From the NCBI GenBank assembly GCA_964106645.2, contig OZ067043.1: a DNA stretch of 64,000 bases; one strand, written 5' to 3'. The translations under genes and the position numbers were made by a program. This document shows positions 1-13,570 of the stretch, piece by piece (positions within the stretch are counted from its first letter, which is position 1; each line of letters begins with the position of its first letter). The notes under the pieces were generated by a model. It was not told the DNA's origin, made no database searches, and was given only the letters and a program-made list of their open reading frames with translations. Source of the stretch: Podarcis pityusensis (taxonomy: Eukaryota).

Positions 1-1651
1 GCTACATTTCACAGTGCTATTTCCCAACTTGTGGAAACCAAACCAGCTGCAAGGCTTTCATGCCTCCACCCACCAATGTCAGTCATGCCCCTCAGATGTC
101 CTCACCAGAGCAGGTAGCCATCTTAGAGCATAACAATCTATTTCTAATTTACCAGAGCCAACCAGCCATTCCCCTCCATGCCCTGCTCAACAACAGCTGT
201 AAGGTTAGAGACTCCTGTTTTACAAGCTAATAGAAGAATTTCTAGAAGAAAAAATAATGGAATACCTGTGCCTTGAGTCTCTCTGTTCTGGGGTATGATG
301 CAATGTCATGGCTGCTCTCATGTCTCTTCTTTCCAGCATCCCCCAAAGGCAGCAGGAGATCTGCAGATCTCCCTGTACAAGAGTCACTCTGGCTTAGGGG
401 TGAAGATGTCTGGGATATCAAATCCTGGCACTGAAATCAGAGTGGTACACATTACAAGAATTAGATTTTCACAGGGTATATTCAGAGCAACTTGCCCACA
501 ATAAATAAAAATGCCCCTATCAGGCAAGGCTCAGTCCCCCCCCCCCATTTGTTTTAGTATGATCGTTAAGGTCAACATAACCAGTAAAAAGGAAGTCTAG
601 TTCATTTATACCCTGCTTTTCCATGATGAACTGTACTCAAAAGGGCTCACAATAACTTATTTTAAAAGTACATAATATTCTAAATGTTACAAAACATATC
701 GATAAATTCAAATGAGACTTAGTTAGCATCCATTATGAAGAAAATTGATTTAATTTGGGGCTGTTTACTTTGTAGAGACAGAAGTATAAATGTTGCATTT
801 CTATTCTGTGACTTGAGGTCCACCTGGAACTGTTCTGAAGCACCTGAGTTCTAAACTTTCAAATGGTTTCCAAAATCCAGAGGCATGTGCTCAATCTCAA
901 ACAAAGTTTAATTAAAATGGTGTGTAGAAAGAAAAGCAAGACCCACTGGGGACAGAAATGCTGTAGCCCACCCCACCCCACCCCATTCTTCCTTAAAAAC
1001 AATGACTCACTCTTAGCTGAGAGAACCGTGGTGGTTTCTGTGGGGGCTCCTCATATGGTCTGTCTGCCAGAGAGGCTATTATACGCTTACGATGGCCAAT
1101 AAGATTTACCTTAAGTACCTGTAGGGAAAGAGAACGTCAGAAAAACATGCTACAAAAAACTTTCTACATTGTGGCTTCTCAGTATTAACACAGCGCTGCA
1201 ATCTTTCACCTTGTGAATCACCAGAATTTTCATCTTAACTGGAACTGAATAGGGTTAGCAACTTACATTTACTAGTTCTAGTTCCCAGAGGTTTTTCACA
1301 GAGTCTATAGAGCTATAGCCACTCGACAAAAATGATTGAATATAATCCTGCAGCCCCAGGGAGTCAAGCCATACAGGAACAGAAGGCTGAGTCCCATCAC
1401 AGCCCAGAGATTTCACCTGTAGAAGGAGCAAGACAGAAAAGTGTTATAGATGTGTAAGAATCAGGTGTGAACATAGCGCTACGTTGGATACAACCCACAG
1501 TAAAAGTCACTTAGCAGTATACAGTGGTACCTCAGTTTTTGAACAGCTTAGTTCATGAACAACTTGGAACCCAAATGCTGCAAAACCGGAAGTAGGTGTT
1601 CCGGTTTTCAAACTTTTTTCCGGAAGCCGAACGTGCTCTGTTTTGAATCCA

Positions 1652-1743
1652 CCCGTGTTTCCTGTTGCGCTGTTAATTTGTGTCCCCGTTTCCTGTTGTG
1701 CTGCTAATTTGTATCCCCCTGTTTCCTGTTGCGCTGCTAATTC
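1652..1743. repeat. Three tandem copies of a ~32-bp unit
   Basis: GTTTCCTGTTGYGCTGYTAATT repeated three times. Confidence 0.85.
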
Positions 1744-1888
1744 CCTCCCCCCCATTGTAATTCAAGCCTTCCGTGTCCAATTGCAGTGTTCTAAGGTGAT
1801 ATTTGGAGCTTATATTTGGTGCTTTTGTTTTTGCTATTTATTTTGCATTTTTTTGTTTTGAGGCTTTTTCAGTTAATTTGTTTTTGTG

Positions 1889-2203
1889 GTGTTTTTTTTA
1901 AAAGATATTTATTAAAAGTTTAATAGAAAAAAGAAGAAAGAAACAATAAAAAGTTCACAATACATCAAAAATAAAGAGAAAAAAAAAAAATACAACAGAA
2001 CAACAAAAAAGCAAAAACATTTAAAAAACATCCAATATCTCTATAGCTCTACCTTTCATTACTTGTGTCATCGACCTCCTCACACCTCCCTTTTTTGTAT
2101 TCTTGTTCAATTAGCTATTTCAGCAAATCCTTTCCATCTTTCTTAATTTTTATTCTATAATTTATCTTAACACAATCTAACCTTAAATTTCCACTTTGAC
2201 CCA
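1889..2203 (-). mobile_element. 5'-truncated LINE (L1-like) 3' end nested in the Tigger-type element
   Basis: T-rich tail at the left end. 16-bp TSD TTAATTTGTTTTTGTG at 1873-1888 and 2204-2219. Confidence 0.75.
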
Positions 2204-4294
2204 TTAATTTGTTTTTGTGACTGTGTGGATCCCAGTTCAGCTACTGATTGATTGACTGATTGTGTGACTGTGGAAATGGATAAAAGCCTCCTATCTAAAC
2301 AATGACTATCATCAGTGCAGGTAAGAAAAAAAATTAATTTTAATTTTTATCATCTACAATACTGTTTTATTTATTTTATAGTACAGTACATTGATTATTG
2401 TTTTCATTTTATGGGTCAATGGTCTTGTTAGATAGTACAATTTATGTTAAATTGCTATTTTAGAGGTTGTTTTTAAAGGTCTGGAACGGATTAATCCATT
2501 TTGCATTACTTTATATGGGAAAGTGCACCTTGGTTTTAGAACAGACTTCTGGAACGGATTAAGTTTGAGAACAAACGTACCACTGTACTTGTTCAGCTGG
2601 AAAGTTTTTGTGCCAGTGGAACATTGTTGCAAGTGGGTGGCTGGTAACTTTGTTGCACAACAAATTTTCACTAGTGCAGCTGTTAAATTGGATTCTTCTG
2701 TTGCATGACATTAAAACCTGTCCATCCGCTAACACAAGAGCCCTTGCATTATTAGACAGAGAATATTGGATACATCCCATTTTCATTTGACTGTGTAACT
2801 CCAGTCTGTATTTGGTTGTAGCAACTATACAGTGCAGTTCCCTGTGAGGTAGAAGTATTATCTCCATTAAGTAGAGATGAGCCACTAGGGCTAACTACAG
2901 AATGCATGAAATCTCAGGGGGGTGCCTCCCCCCGCCAAGCTGTTTTGTGAATATGAGTGGGGAAATTAAGCATGGGAGTAATGGGAGGAGCTTCTTCATA
3001 TTTTTTTCTCACCTGCTGCTTCTCTGTTCTAATGTGCTCCCTAAAACTGCTTTTAATCCAAACTCTACAGCTGTATTCTGTAGGGAAAAATACATGTATT
3101 TGCGTGTAATGTTCAATTATGCCCCACGGTTACTTAAGTGCCTGAGTTGAAGTGAGTTGGCTTGGAAGTGAATTAACTAAAGGTACAGTTGTCAGCAATA
3201 GATCAAAATTTTGAATGTCAGTGGCACAGTAACCATTGCAGAGAGGAGTAGAACAAATCCAAGGGGGACTGGTCTAATCTAGCAAGTGACTGTTGGTGGA
3301 ACCAGAACACTCCCGCATAAGGAGGGACAATGATCAGGAACCCGAAGAGATAAAATTTGTCAAAACTCACTCTTGTAAATGCACTCTTCCACAATGACCA
3401 GAGGCTTTCATTGACCCATTGTGGGAGAGAGCAAGCTTTTGCACAACACCAGGCAATTAACTGAATTCAACCAGGGGAAAACATGCAGTGTAGCAACATG
3501 GATCTATGGTTAAATCCTATTGCTTTCAGAAATTCAGCTTCTTCTGGAACTTTTAATTAGTGGCGCAACCAAAAGCTTTCTGCATGGCAAAGCATAATAT
3601 AGAACCTCATGGTAAGCTTCCTGCTATGGAATTTGCTTCTTAAAAAGCAGACATGATTGAACAAACAAACCACTTTACTTGGCTCTGTAAGAAGCAGGCT
3701 GTTTTGGAATGTAAAATTAAAATGTCTATTCTAGGAGGAGCCACTTCACACACTTTAAAACCTTCCTGTTCCATTGTTTTAAAAAAGACTATGTGAAATT
3801 GTAATACATAGAAACACCCTATATTTCCAATAATAGAACCAGACAAGGACATTTAAATATAGAAATATTTCGATTGGCATTCTGGGAGAATGGAGACCCT
3901 CCGTTGTCTACACAAACAGAGGAAAAACCTGTTGTGAAATCAGGAAGTCTTTAACCTCTCACATGTCAAATCACTACTTTAATCTTAGTTTTATTAAACT
4001 GAGATTTGTTCACAATGTTTGCACCTGCTTTGGTGATATCTTCTCATTAACTCAGTTTACTTGGAAGCTGCAAAAAACATGTATCTTTCAACACAATTCT
4101 GACTCCACTATTTGGACTCATGCTTAATAGGAAAGCAATACTAAGCCCTCTCCTTACAATGTCTATTAATATGGCAGAATGCAATTATTTGCTTCTCCTC
4201 CTGTAAAATTATTTGTTCACTCATAATTATGGAATTCAAGGTATTCCAATACTAAAAATTATGTCTGCATGTGAAAACACAAATTCATTTTAAC

Positions 4295-4393
4295 CTTAGG
4301 AAGAGACCGTGCTGCCTGAAGAAGTTTTCTGCGATGCTGTGGGTCACTAATACCAATCTCCCGAAGGTCCTGATCTTCCATGACATTACTGCC
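4295..4393 (-). CDS. ANKS1A: ANKS1A SAM1 exon, second half ([33 protein letters not shown])
   Basis: Acceptor ttgtcttcctacag|GGC and donor AAG|gttaaa. 99 nt, phase 0-0. SAM helices 4-5. Confidence 0.96.
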
Positions 4394-5084
4394 CTGTAGG
4401 AAGACAAGTGGCAGACATGAAATAAGGCTCAGCAACGCGACAAAAATGAAGCTCAGCAGCTTTGCATTTCAATAAAAACTGTGTTTCATAATTTTTGTTT
4501 TTACCAGGTCTTTGATTGTATAATAAAAACTGTCTTTGTTGTTTCACAACTCTGCATCATGCAAAAACTCCATGTAAATACAGAATTTGGGCACAGACTT
4601 CGACACTCTGGGAATCTCAGCTTTGATTTTAAAAAAATGTTTCTAGTTCTTAAAGCAGTGAGGATAGCTTTGCAGATGTAGCGGAGAAACCCCAATGGAA
4701 CCTCAGCAGCCAAGGCGGAAGGAGCCTACTTTCTAGCACGAGGAACAGGATTTAAGGTATGCATGCTTTCCTCATGTAACAGCAGAATGAAGGAAGTGAA
4801 TAAATTCACACAACAGATCATAATTCAGCTTTTCTTGGCATTACCTTTGTACAGAATCAATATTTCAGTCTTGGCCCAGGTATGAAAATTGAGAGCATCA
4901 CAAGAGCCCTTAGAATAAAAAATAATGGTTCCTCCCTAGCTGCTGCTTGGTTATCATAACACAGTGTAACAAAAGATAGTATCACCAGGGCAAACATTAC
5001 ACAGTTAGAAATCTAAACAACCATGAAAATAACAGGAGTAATCTGGTTATTGTCACAGCAGGACCTGAGTGCAATCAGTACTCT

Positions 5085-5500
5085 CATCTGTGATTTCCTA
5101 AAACTGGTATTCTAAGGGATACTGCCTATAGCAGTTGAGGTAGAACACAGCTGTCTTGACTATTCTCCATGAAATTCTCTAATCCTTCAAAACCATCCAA
5201 GTTGGCGACCTTCACTACATCTTGTGGGAGTGACTATTGAGTTTATCCATGTGCTGTGTAAAGTAGTATTTTCTTCCAACATTCAGCTTCACTGAATGGA
5301 CCATAAGTTCTAGCAATATGAGAGAGGAAGGAAAAACTTTTTCCTATCCACTTTTCTCCACATCATGCATAATTTTATATGACTCCATAATTTCCCCTGC
5401 TTGCCTTTTCTCTAAGTTAAAAAGCAACCTTGCCTCAGGAGAGCTGCTCCAAACCCTTGATCATTTTGACTGCCCTTTTCTGAAACTTTTCAAGCTTTAT
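5085..5500 (-). mobile_element. Degraded CR1 LINE 3' fragment
   Basis: Typical CR1 3'-end antisense motifs (ataattttata, ccttttctctaagttaaa, cccttgatcatttt...gcccttttctgaa). Boundaries approximate. Confidence 0.65.
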
Positions 5501-7994
5501 AGGAGAGGGGGGAAATCTGTAGTCATGGACACTTATAAGCATAGAGTTCTCATTTGTTCCCACTCTCAATGACCCTGGACCCCAAGGTCTAAGGCAAACA
5601 CCAATGGATCCTCCAGCAATGGCTCCCTTGCTACCGTCTGCTGCTCTGCAATCTCACTGCATCCCTCCTTCTTTTCTCTCTGTAGGCTTCCCCCTTTCAC
5701 CTCCTTGCCTCTGCATCAAAGGAGCCTTTTTGTTAAGTGCACTGCATAAGTCCCAGCTGCTTGATTCAGGCTATCCAAAGCCTACTTTCACTGCTGGCCC
5801 CACTGCATCTCATTCCGTCCAATAAATTTCAGTAGATTGATTTACATGACCTTCCCATTTCATACATGCTCGCTTTCATCAGTCACCCCTTTGATCATAG
5901 TTTAACAATCCAGTATACCTGGACGCAGCTTCAGCTGCCTGCCCTTTCCTCGTAGTCAGCTTTGCTAGTGCACTGCACTGGCATGCATGGAAAGCTCGTC
6001 TTTGCCTGAATTCCCTTGAGGGCCAGAGAGAGAAAATTGAATTTATTTTAGAGCATGCCAACAATCCAGGGAAGGTCAGTTTCACTGTAATCTATCATGC
6101 GTCTCCATGGAGATGGAAGCAACCCAGCCCTCTCTAGAGGAGTGACTTTCATCATTACACTCTTTACAAAGCTCATTATCTCCACATGTGAAGTGTGGAG
6201 GAATGAATGAATGAGTACATAGTGCTTAGCAAAGGCAATATTCAACAGCCATTTTACTATATATCTTGTTTTTCTTACAGCTTAGATCCAGCCCAGAACA
6301 CCCCTTTTATTATTGAAGCGATTAGAAAACCAAAGCTACCTTGTAGCTCATTATTTGCAACTAAGATTAGCTAACCCAGACTACTGTCCAGTTGTGCTAG
6401 ATAGTGCTCATATATACATTCAAAACTAGACACAGTTTCCCACACTATTATATGCGATTCTTTTCTCTATTGTGCTTGCTGTAACTAAAATGTGAAAATG
6501 GACAGAGAGCTGAAAAGGTGAGCTAAAGTACATATAAATAGCTAAAAGCATAGAGAAAGGAACATGATTTTTTTATCTTGACAAAAAGGTGGGCATCCAG
6601 TATAATTCTTCCACATTAAAAAGGTAACATTCAACATGGATTCCCTTTTCGTAAAAGACAATTCCTAGGGTACTACAGTAATTTTTACACACACACACAC
6701 ACAGTGAAAGAAGATCTAGATAAAAGCACTAGGATGCCTTATTGCTGAATTAAGCACAGGCATACAACCATTCCTTTTACACGAAGACCCCCACTATCAT
6801 ATGATGGCATAGCAATTTGAAATTCCCATCTTGTGTCAGCTATCAACACATGTAAACAACAACCACTGAGGGGCAGAAATGGGAATTAACTGGTGATCAT
6901 TAATTCCTAATTATATCCCTCTTCAGTTCTATCAATAAAGGGGAGACTATTAGAAAAACCAACCCTTGTGAAGGCTGCTTACTATAAACAGAAAAGAGAG
7001 AGAGAGAGAGAGATCCATTTGAGAGTGAATTTGCCATCTGCTGAATGTGCAAGGCCAGACCATTTTCTTCACACATGAAATGACAGCAGTAATTGCACAT
7101 TGATGTAGGCCATCATGCACTTTGTATGACAGCACAGAGTAAACACAGCACAAGATACTTCTTTTGCTTGCATTGTTTGCTGTGGATATTGTTTAATGGA
7201 GAATTTTTACATGGCTGTATCCACAATATTTCTGCAATGCCTTTTCTGTATTTTCATTGAGCTGCATTAGCCACCGAATCTGCAATGATGTCAAATATTC
7301 TGGTAAAAGGACAACTGGTTTTTTTGTCTAAATTGTACTAATTTCCATGGTTATCTCTTTTGCCGTAAAACAATCCTAAGAAATAAAGGGCATTTTGTAA
7401 TCTTAATAAAATAACTTCAGTTGCAATGAAAAGCTCAATGTTTGCTCCATTTTGAGTTGGTAAACTCATGATGAACAGCAGCTACAGCCATTTTCTAAAA
7501 CACAAAACCTGCCTGCATGTTTTGATCTGAAGTATCACCAATTTTACCCATACACCATTCATTTAGTACATCTCACAGGCAAATAAATCGAACTCAATGA
7601 AATGTCCATTTCAATGGGTGCACATAGTGCCCTTTTCAGTGACTTGCTCATGTTTACACAGGCTGTATACATACTTCAACCATCCAAGTGCTGCAATTTG
7701 TGGTTTTCTAAAAGCACCTTTGTAGACATTGCTTTGCAATTGTTCATGGAGGAAGTCTGGTAGCATAGGCTGCACAGGTTCATCATATTGCTTAGTGTAT
7801 CACACAGACAACACCATGACTAATTTCTCTCTCTCATTTTTTGCAAGGTGCTGTGTATATATGCTCCCTCCCCTTTCAATGGCCACCATACTCCTTAACA
7901 AAAACCTTGCCAGTTATTAATGTTTGATGCTTTATTTATTATTATTAATGCTAAATATTATTGTTTGACATTTTATTATGTTTTTATGTTTGTT

Positions 7995-8046
7995 GGAAAC
8001 TGCCCAGAGTGGCTGAGGCAACCCAGCCAGATGGGCGGGTATAAAT
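7995..8046 (+). mobile_element. L2-type 3' tail
   Basis: gcccagagtggctgaggcaacccagccagatgggcgggtataaat stem-loop tail. Similar tails at ~15505-15555 and ~61675-61745. Confidence 0.65.
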
Positions 8047-8337
8047 GCTAACATTTGTTGTATCAGAAGTCTGGTAGCACAGGTTGTGCAAGCAGAGTAA
8101 GTTTTATTGCACTCAGTGCATGCCCATGGGCTTCCTTCCCTTGTACAATGCAGGTAACTTCTTGACGACTTCTCTCAGGGAGAGGATGCAAGGCAGTCTG
8201 GGCTGTATCCAGCTCTGAGTGTGACTAGCATTGGATACAACCCTCTGTTTATGGCCAGAGATGTTTACCCCCTTGTACCACGCTTGACCGTGCACAGAGG
8301 CTGCCTGTTCTGGTGCCAGGCACACAGCTTATAATTA

Positions 8338-8563
8338 CAGTGGTACCTCGGGTTAAGTACTTAATTCATTCTGGAGGTCCATTCTTAACCTGAAACTGTT
8401 CTTAACCTGAAGCACCACTTTAACTAATGGGGCCTCCCACTGCCACCGTGCCGCTGGAGCATGATTTCTGTTCTCATCCTGAAGCAAAGTTCTTAACCCG
8501 AGGTACTATTTCTGGGTTAGCGGAGTCTGTAACCTGAAGCGTATGTAACCTGAGGTACCACTG
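8338..8563 (+). mobile_element. Tigger-type MITE
   Basis: TA|CAGTGGTACCTC...GAGGTACCACTG|TA. Same family as 10238-10480 in opposite orientation (strand label is relative). Confidence 0.92.
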
Positions 8564-8623
8564 TACTAATTATAATGTATGTTTTATTGCAAGGCACTCA
8601 AGACATGGTCTGCTCAGTTTTAT

Positions 8624-8625
8624 GA

Positions 8626-8669
<44 letters not shown>

Positions 8670-8670
8670 A
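8624..8670. repeat. (GAAA)n microsatellite
   Basis: About 11-12 perfect units. Confidence 0.95.
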
Positions 8671-9377
8671 CCCAGGCCTCAATATATGTGCTCCCCGTTA
8701 CAACAATTAATTTCATTTGAGTCATTGTGGGTTTTTAAAGGGCAACGTATAGTGATATTTTGTTAAAGGGCAACACAAAAAATGGACACATCTTGAATTT
8801 GTTGAACTGCCAACATAAGCAGTCAGAAAATATATATCTTGGTGAAAAAAGTTTATAGGGATTGCAACATTATGTTGATCCAACCTTTGAGATTTTGATA
8901 AACTGGAAGGATTACTTTAAAAATAATAAATGCTATGGTGGAAGCCAGTACCTTTCCAACTGTGCTTGAGTACAGAAGAGAAAGAGTTGATGGCAGCTGT
9001 TTCCACCCATCCTTTTAAAGAGTAAAGCAGCAGTGAAACTTCTGTGACTCTCTAAAGGCTCAAATATCAGCATACTGATACACATGAGAAAAATTATTTT
9101 CAAAGCCTAACTTGATTGTCTTTGAGGTGGTATGAAACACCAGATGACTCAGATACCTCTTCTACTGAAAGGTGCTTTCAAAATACCAAAAAAACCTATA
9201 CCAACTATATAGGAATGACAATGTTATACGCTAAGCAAAAACTGCTTATGTGGAAGACAGTGCAGTGCAGTCAATCCATATAGTCTCATGCTTATTCCAC
9301 ACATATGTGCCACTACCAGGCTTGGTGAATGCACATATATAGGTAGGTTACAGAGCAGAAGGCTAAGACATTTAGGT

Positions 9378-9544
9378 CAGAGGTAGTCAACCTTTTTATA
9401 CCTACCGCCCACTAATCCATCTTTCTTGATGGTAAAATTTTCTTAACTGCCCACCAGTGCTCAATGGGAGGAGGATTCAGCTTGTGCCATAGAACCCCCT
9501 ACTGCCCACCTAGTGGGCGGGAGGCACCAGGTTGACAACCCCTG
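9378..9544. mobile_element. hAT (Charlie-like) MITE
   Basis: TIRs CAGAGGTAGTCAACCT / AGGTTGACAACCCCTG. 8-bp TSD ATTTAGGT / GTTTAGGT. Confidence 0.85.
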
Positions 9545-9883
9545 GTTTAGGTTATTGTTTTTCAAAATACTGCTTTAAATGAGACTTTGTAATGCAGGTC
9601 TTGTTACATTAAAACTACTGTTTTGGCCTACGGTTTCCCTTATACTGTACAATGTTAGCTTTTGCTCTTGTAATCAGTACTGCAGACATTGCTGCTGCTC
9701 ATCTTGAATCTCTGTGCAAGACTTCTCCACATTAAAGCAAAATGAAGCACACCTATGCACCACCAGCTTGCAGCAGCAAGGGAATTACCCTTTGGCACCA
9801 GGGGAAAACAGGTGGGTATTTTGAAAGAAGTGCTTTGCTGTCTGGATGGATAAGGCAGATACTTCAGAGGCTTTATTCTACAG

Positions 9884-10010
9884 CAGGGGTGGGGAACATG
9901 TGGCCCTCCTGGTGTACTTTGACTCCAGTACCCACCATCTCTTACCATTAGCCAAGCCGGTTGGGACTAAGGACAACAACAACTGGAGGGCACCAGGTTC
10001 CCCAATCCTG
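9884..10010. mobile_element. Older hAT MITE related to 36976-37111
   Basis: CAGGGGTGGGGAAC...GTTCCCCAATCCTG termini. Degenerate 8-bp TSD TTCTACAG / GTGTACAG. Confidence 0.7.
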
Positions 10011-10237
10011 GTGTACAGCAAGCCTCTCAAACCTTAACATAAAATGTGTGACACCCATTGAGATTATCAATGCCAACAATCAAGGTCTAAGCATTATGAT
10101 CCGCCCAGACTAGTTTTACTTAGACCTCAGAAAGTGACCTCTCTTTTAGCAGTAGCAGCTTTGAGAGCTCCACTTGAATAGGCACTTGCTCTGGGATCAG
10201 CAGTGTCTCTGTCCCATACGTTAGCACTTCACTAGTA

Positions 10238-10480
10238 CAGTGGTACCCTGGGATTACAGACACTTCAGGTTACAGACGCTTCAGGTTACAGACTCCGCTA
10301 ACCCAGAAATAGTACCTTGGGTTAAGAACTTTGCTTCAGGATGAGAACAGAAATTGCGCGGCAGTGGCACTGCTGCAGCGGGAGGCCCCATTAGCTAAAG
10401 TGGTGCTTCAGGTTAAGAACAGTTTCAGGTTAAGAACAGACCTCCAGAATGAATTAAGTTCTCAACCCGAGGTACCACTG
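10238..10480 (-). mobile_element. Tigger-type MITE
   Basis: TA|CAGTGGTACC...GGTACCACTG|TA. Reverse-complement homolog of 8338-8563. Confidence 0.92.
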
Positions 10481-11800
10481 TATTTTAGGAGCAGAGGCTG
10501 CAGTGTAGAAAGGACTCAGGTTCAGGGCACAGTAGGAGAGAATAATAATTTTCACAATCAAAAATTTGATGGGAGGATTTTTCAGGGCTACTTCTCTCAT
10601 CATAGATCCAAGAACCATCGAGCAGTATTTAAATATGCTCATCTTATGGAGATTCCTCGTTCCCTGAACCATCCCCATATTCATGTATCCTGTGAATCCC
10701 CATTCTAAAAGTACTTAACATGCACAGCATAATATTCAGGAAATCATTACAGGATTATACCTTTGGCCCTGCTGAATTGTGTCCCGTCCCCCCCTCCCCC
10801 TGAGAAATGTCCATCTTCCTTTGCTGAAAAAGGCCCCCTGCTTCCAACCTAAGCACAGAGCTGGCACTTCCCTAAGGCTGCCTATGCGAATTCCACTCTG
10901 CTTTTTAGAGCCCAACATGGCTCTGCGGGACTAAATGGCAAAGACTATTTTAGCTTCTCTGATAAGCAGGCAGAACTGAACACACAGGTAGAAAATCCAT
11001 AGGGGAGGCAAGAGGCATTTTTACTTAATTGGTTCTGAGAGGAGATGCACATTTAAAAGCAGAGGGAAGTGTTCACTAGGTGGTCCTTCCTTACAAGCTT
11101 TTGATAACAAGATGGATTGGAGACAGACAAAACCTAGCAGGAAATCTCTTAATGCAATCATGTGAACCAAAGTAGTACAAAGTGTTATGGGCTGTTCTAT
11201 CTGGGTGTCTGTTGTTTTAAAAAAACCTTTGAAGAGACATTACTATTACTCAATCTAAGGGAGTTCTGACACTCTACTTGACAATGTTATAATGCAATCA
11301 TGACCTATCATTCAGCTATATTCTGAATAATTTAAGAGATCTATTCCTTGCTATCAGTATCCCAAAGCTCAGCTCCCCAAAAGCAGCTAGACTTGGTGAA
11401 AACATCTCAAGTCTGTCTTTGTTGATGGTTTGGTTTTCACCTAGATGAACTGCTCTTTGATTTGGTATGCTTTGGTTCCTTTTCTTTGGTACATCTACTC
11501 ATTCCTGCTGCTACTTCTGTTATTTTGCATACCAGGCGTCATTCTGTACAATTTGGGTTATTGTTTTTATTATCATTTCCCTATGATATGTTTGCTCTTT
11601 TTCTTTTGACTACCTCCTGCTTTTATTTGTATTGCTATGTACAGATAAAAATGTTTGCCTGTCTTTGGAATGCTGAGAAGGGATAATGGTCACTAACTAG
11701 AACCTCAGTCATAAATCACACTGTGTCCATTTTTGATCTCCAAACTGTTTTCCCCTCCAAGTCTCATTCTCCACAAACTTCAGAAGGATTCACCTACAGT

Positions 11801-12003
11801 CAGTGACAGAGCTTCATGCTCTGGCACCGGGGGCATGGCTGGTGCAAGTCCCAGGGGGTGTGGTGCACTGCCCGTGGGGCATGGCGTGCTGCCTGCCGGG
11901 GTGTGGCGCCCAGCGCGGGGGGGAGGAGCCACGATGGCACCCCACCGGGATCGTGGTGCTGGGGCGGTGCACTCCCCCTGCCCCACCTCTTTCTCCACCA
12001 GTG
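11801..12003. mobile_element. GC-rich hAT (Tip100-like) MITE
   Basis: Termini CAGTGACAGAG / TCTCCACCAGTG. 8-bp TSD CCTACAGT / CCAACAGT. Sharp GC island in AT-rich DNA. Confidence 0.75.
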
Positions 12004-13326
12004 CCAACAGTTTGTTGAATAAAATGTCCTCTCAATCAATGTAGAGAACAGGGTAATTTTTGAGATGGTACTTGATGTAGAATGACTCCTAAAGAAAGTC
12101 TCGCCAAAAATGACAACAGCACCAGAAAGTCCTTTTCCACCAAGGCAAAGACAGGAGACTACTTCAGAACTCAGTGTGCATGTTGAAGGGATGACAACAG
12201 TATCTGGTAAGGTCTAAAGGCCCAGTCTCAGATATAGTCTTGGTTAAAACGAGGGACAATTATTTTCTGATTTTTCTTAAAAGACTCACAACTGCTATAG
12301 GAATGCTGTCTGTCTGTCTAATCTAATCTAATCTAGTTGCTTTATCTTGCCCAAGGCAGGCCAAAGGCCTGGTTATAAAGGAATACTTTTGTTTGGTGCC
12401 TAAAGATATATAATGATGGCACCAGGCAACTCCCCCCTGTCCTAAGACAGGACAAATAGTATGCCCCCTCCCCTTCTAAAGAAATGAGTGTCCATTATTA
12501 TGCCTACCTACTATGCAAGGTCATTTGCTTACAACAGTTATCACACAGTGCATAAAATTAGAGATTTAGCCCAAAATGTTAGTGCTCTTAAGGAACTTTT
12601 TTTTTAACCTTTATACTAAATATGCAGTTTTCTTACTTCAAAGCAGCCTTATATTTATGCTTTCATCTGGTAGCAATAGGTAAGAAGGAATGGATGCAGG
12701 TGAGTGAGTGGGCTGCTGTAAGACAGGCAGAGTGCTTCATTCCTCTTCTGCATCCAGTAGAAACCAAAATTCACTCTTCCACAGGCTAAAGCAGGGGTGC
12801 AACTCTCTGCATCCTATAGCAAACTAGTAAAGTTTATGACAGGATAATGTTTATGAACTTATTTGCAAGGCTGCTTTAAAGTTCTGCCCTAGTTTCATTT
12901 CAGCAATACAAGAATATTTCAAACCATATTCACGGACATACAATTTACAGACTTTGGTCTCTTTTGGATGCAATGCCAAACTGTGATTTAGCATTATGTG
13001 AATATGTCTGGGTGAGCCATGGGTTAACACACTCCCCCTTCCCAGCATGGTCTCAAACTGAAGATCAGAAGCTTTCACTTCCATTTTCACTAATCCAAAC
13101 TCTAAACTGCAGTTAATATTACCTATGTGTTGTTAAAACAAGCCATCTTCATAAAATGCAGGTTTGAAGTTGGATTCTTGCAGAACACAATCGTTGATGG
13201 GACATAACCACCAGTTATGCAGTTAGATTTGGAAGCAAAAGCTTTTAATCAGCTCCTAGCACCTAGACGGTAGAAGGATGGGCATGATCCTGAGGCTGGC
13301 TCAAGACTGTTCAGGTTTATCATTAT

Positions 13327-13570
13327 TAGGGTTGCCATATGTCTGGAATTTTCCCTACATATTCGGAATACTGTGGTTGGAAGCAGTGACTGGGTGGAAA
13401 TTGCAAAAATGTCCAGGAAAATCCCGACATTTGGCAACCCATGTCAGCATTGTCATTTTGGGCCATTTTCCTTAAAAATGGCTCCAAAACTTTTGGTTGT
13501 TGTGAATTTGTCAGAAAACCTCAACAACTTTTCTGTCTGGATTTTCACTGTTTGAAATATGGCAACCCTA
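13327..13570. mobile_element. hAT-Blackjack-like MITE
   Basis: TIRs TAGGGTTGCCATAT / ATATGGCAACCCTA. Second copy at 42714-42934. Confidence 0.85.

Larger units (their letters stand above)
1522..2585. mobile_element. Non-autonomous Tigger/pogo-type (TcMar) DNA transposon
   Basis: TA|CAGTGGTAC...GTACCACTG|TA termini. Contains an internal ~32-bp tandem triplication and a nested retroelement. Confidence 0.85.

Noticed and set aside
1-4294. Next ANKS1A exon (SAM2, VKALG...[10 protein letters not shown])
   Set aside because: Not found on the minus strand. It presumably lies beyond the left edge of the window.
11733-12044. Six overlapping ORFs, CpG-island-like patch
   Set aside because: A GC-rich MITE with TSDs that is poor in stop codons.
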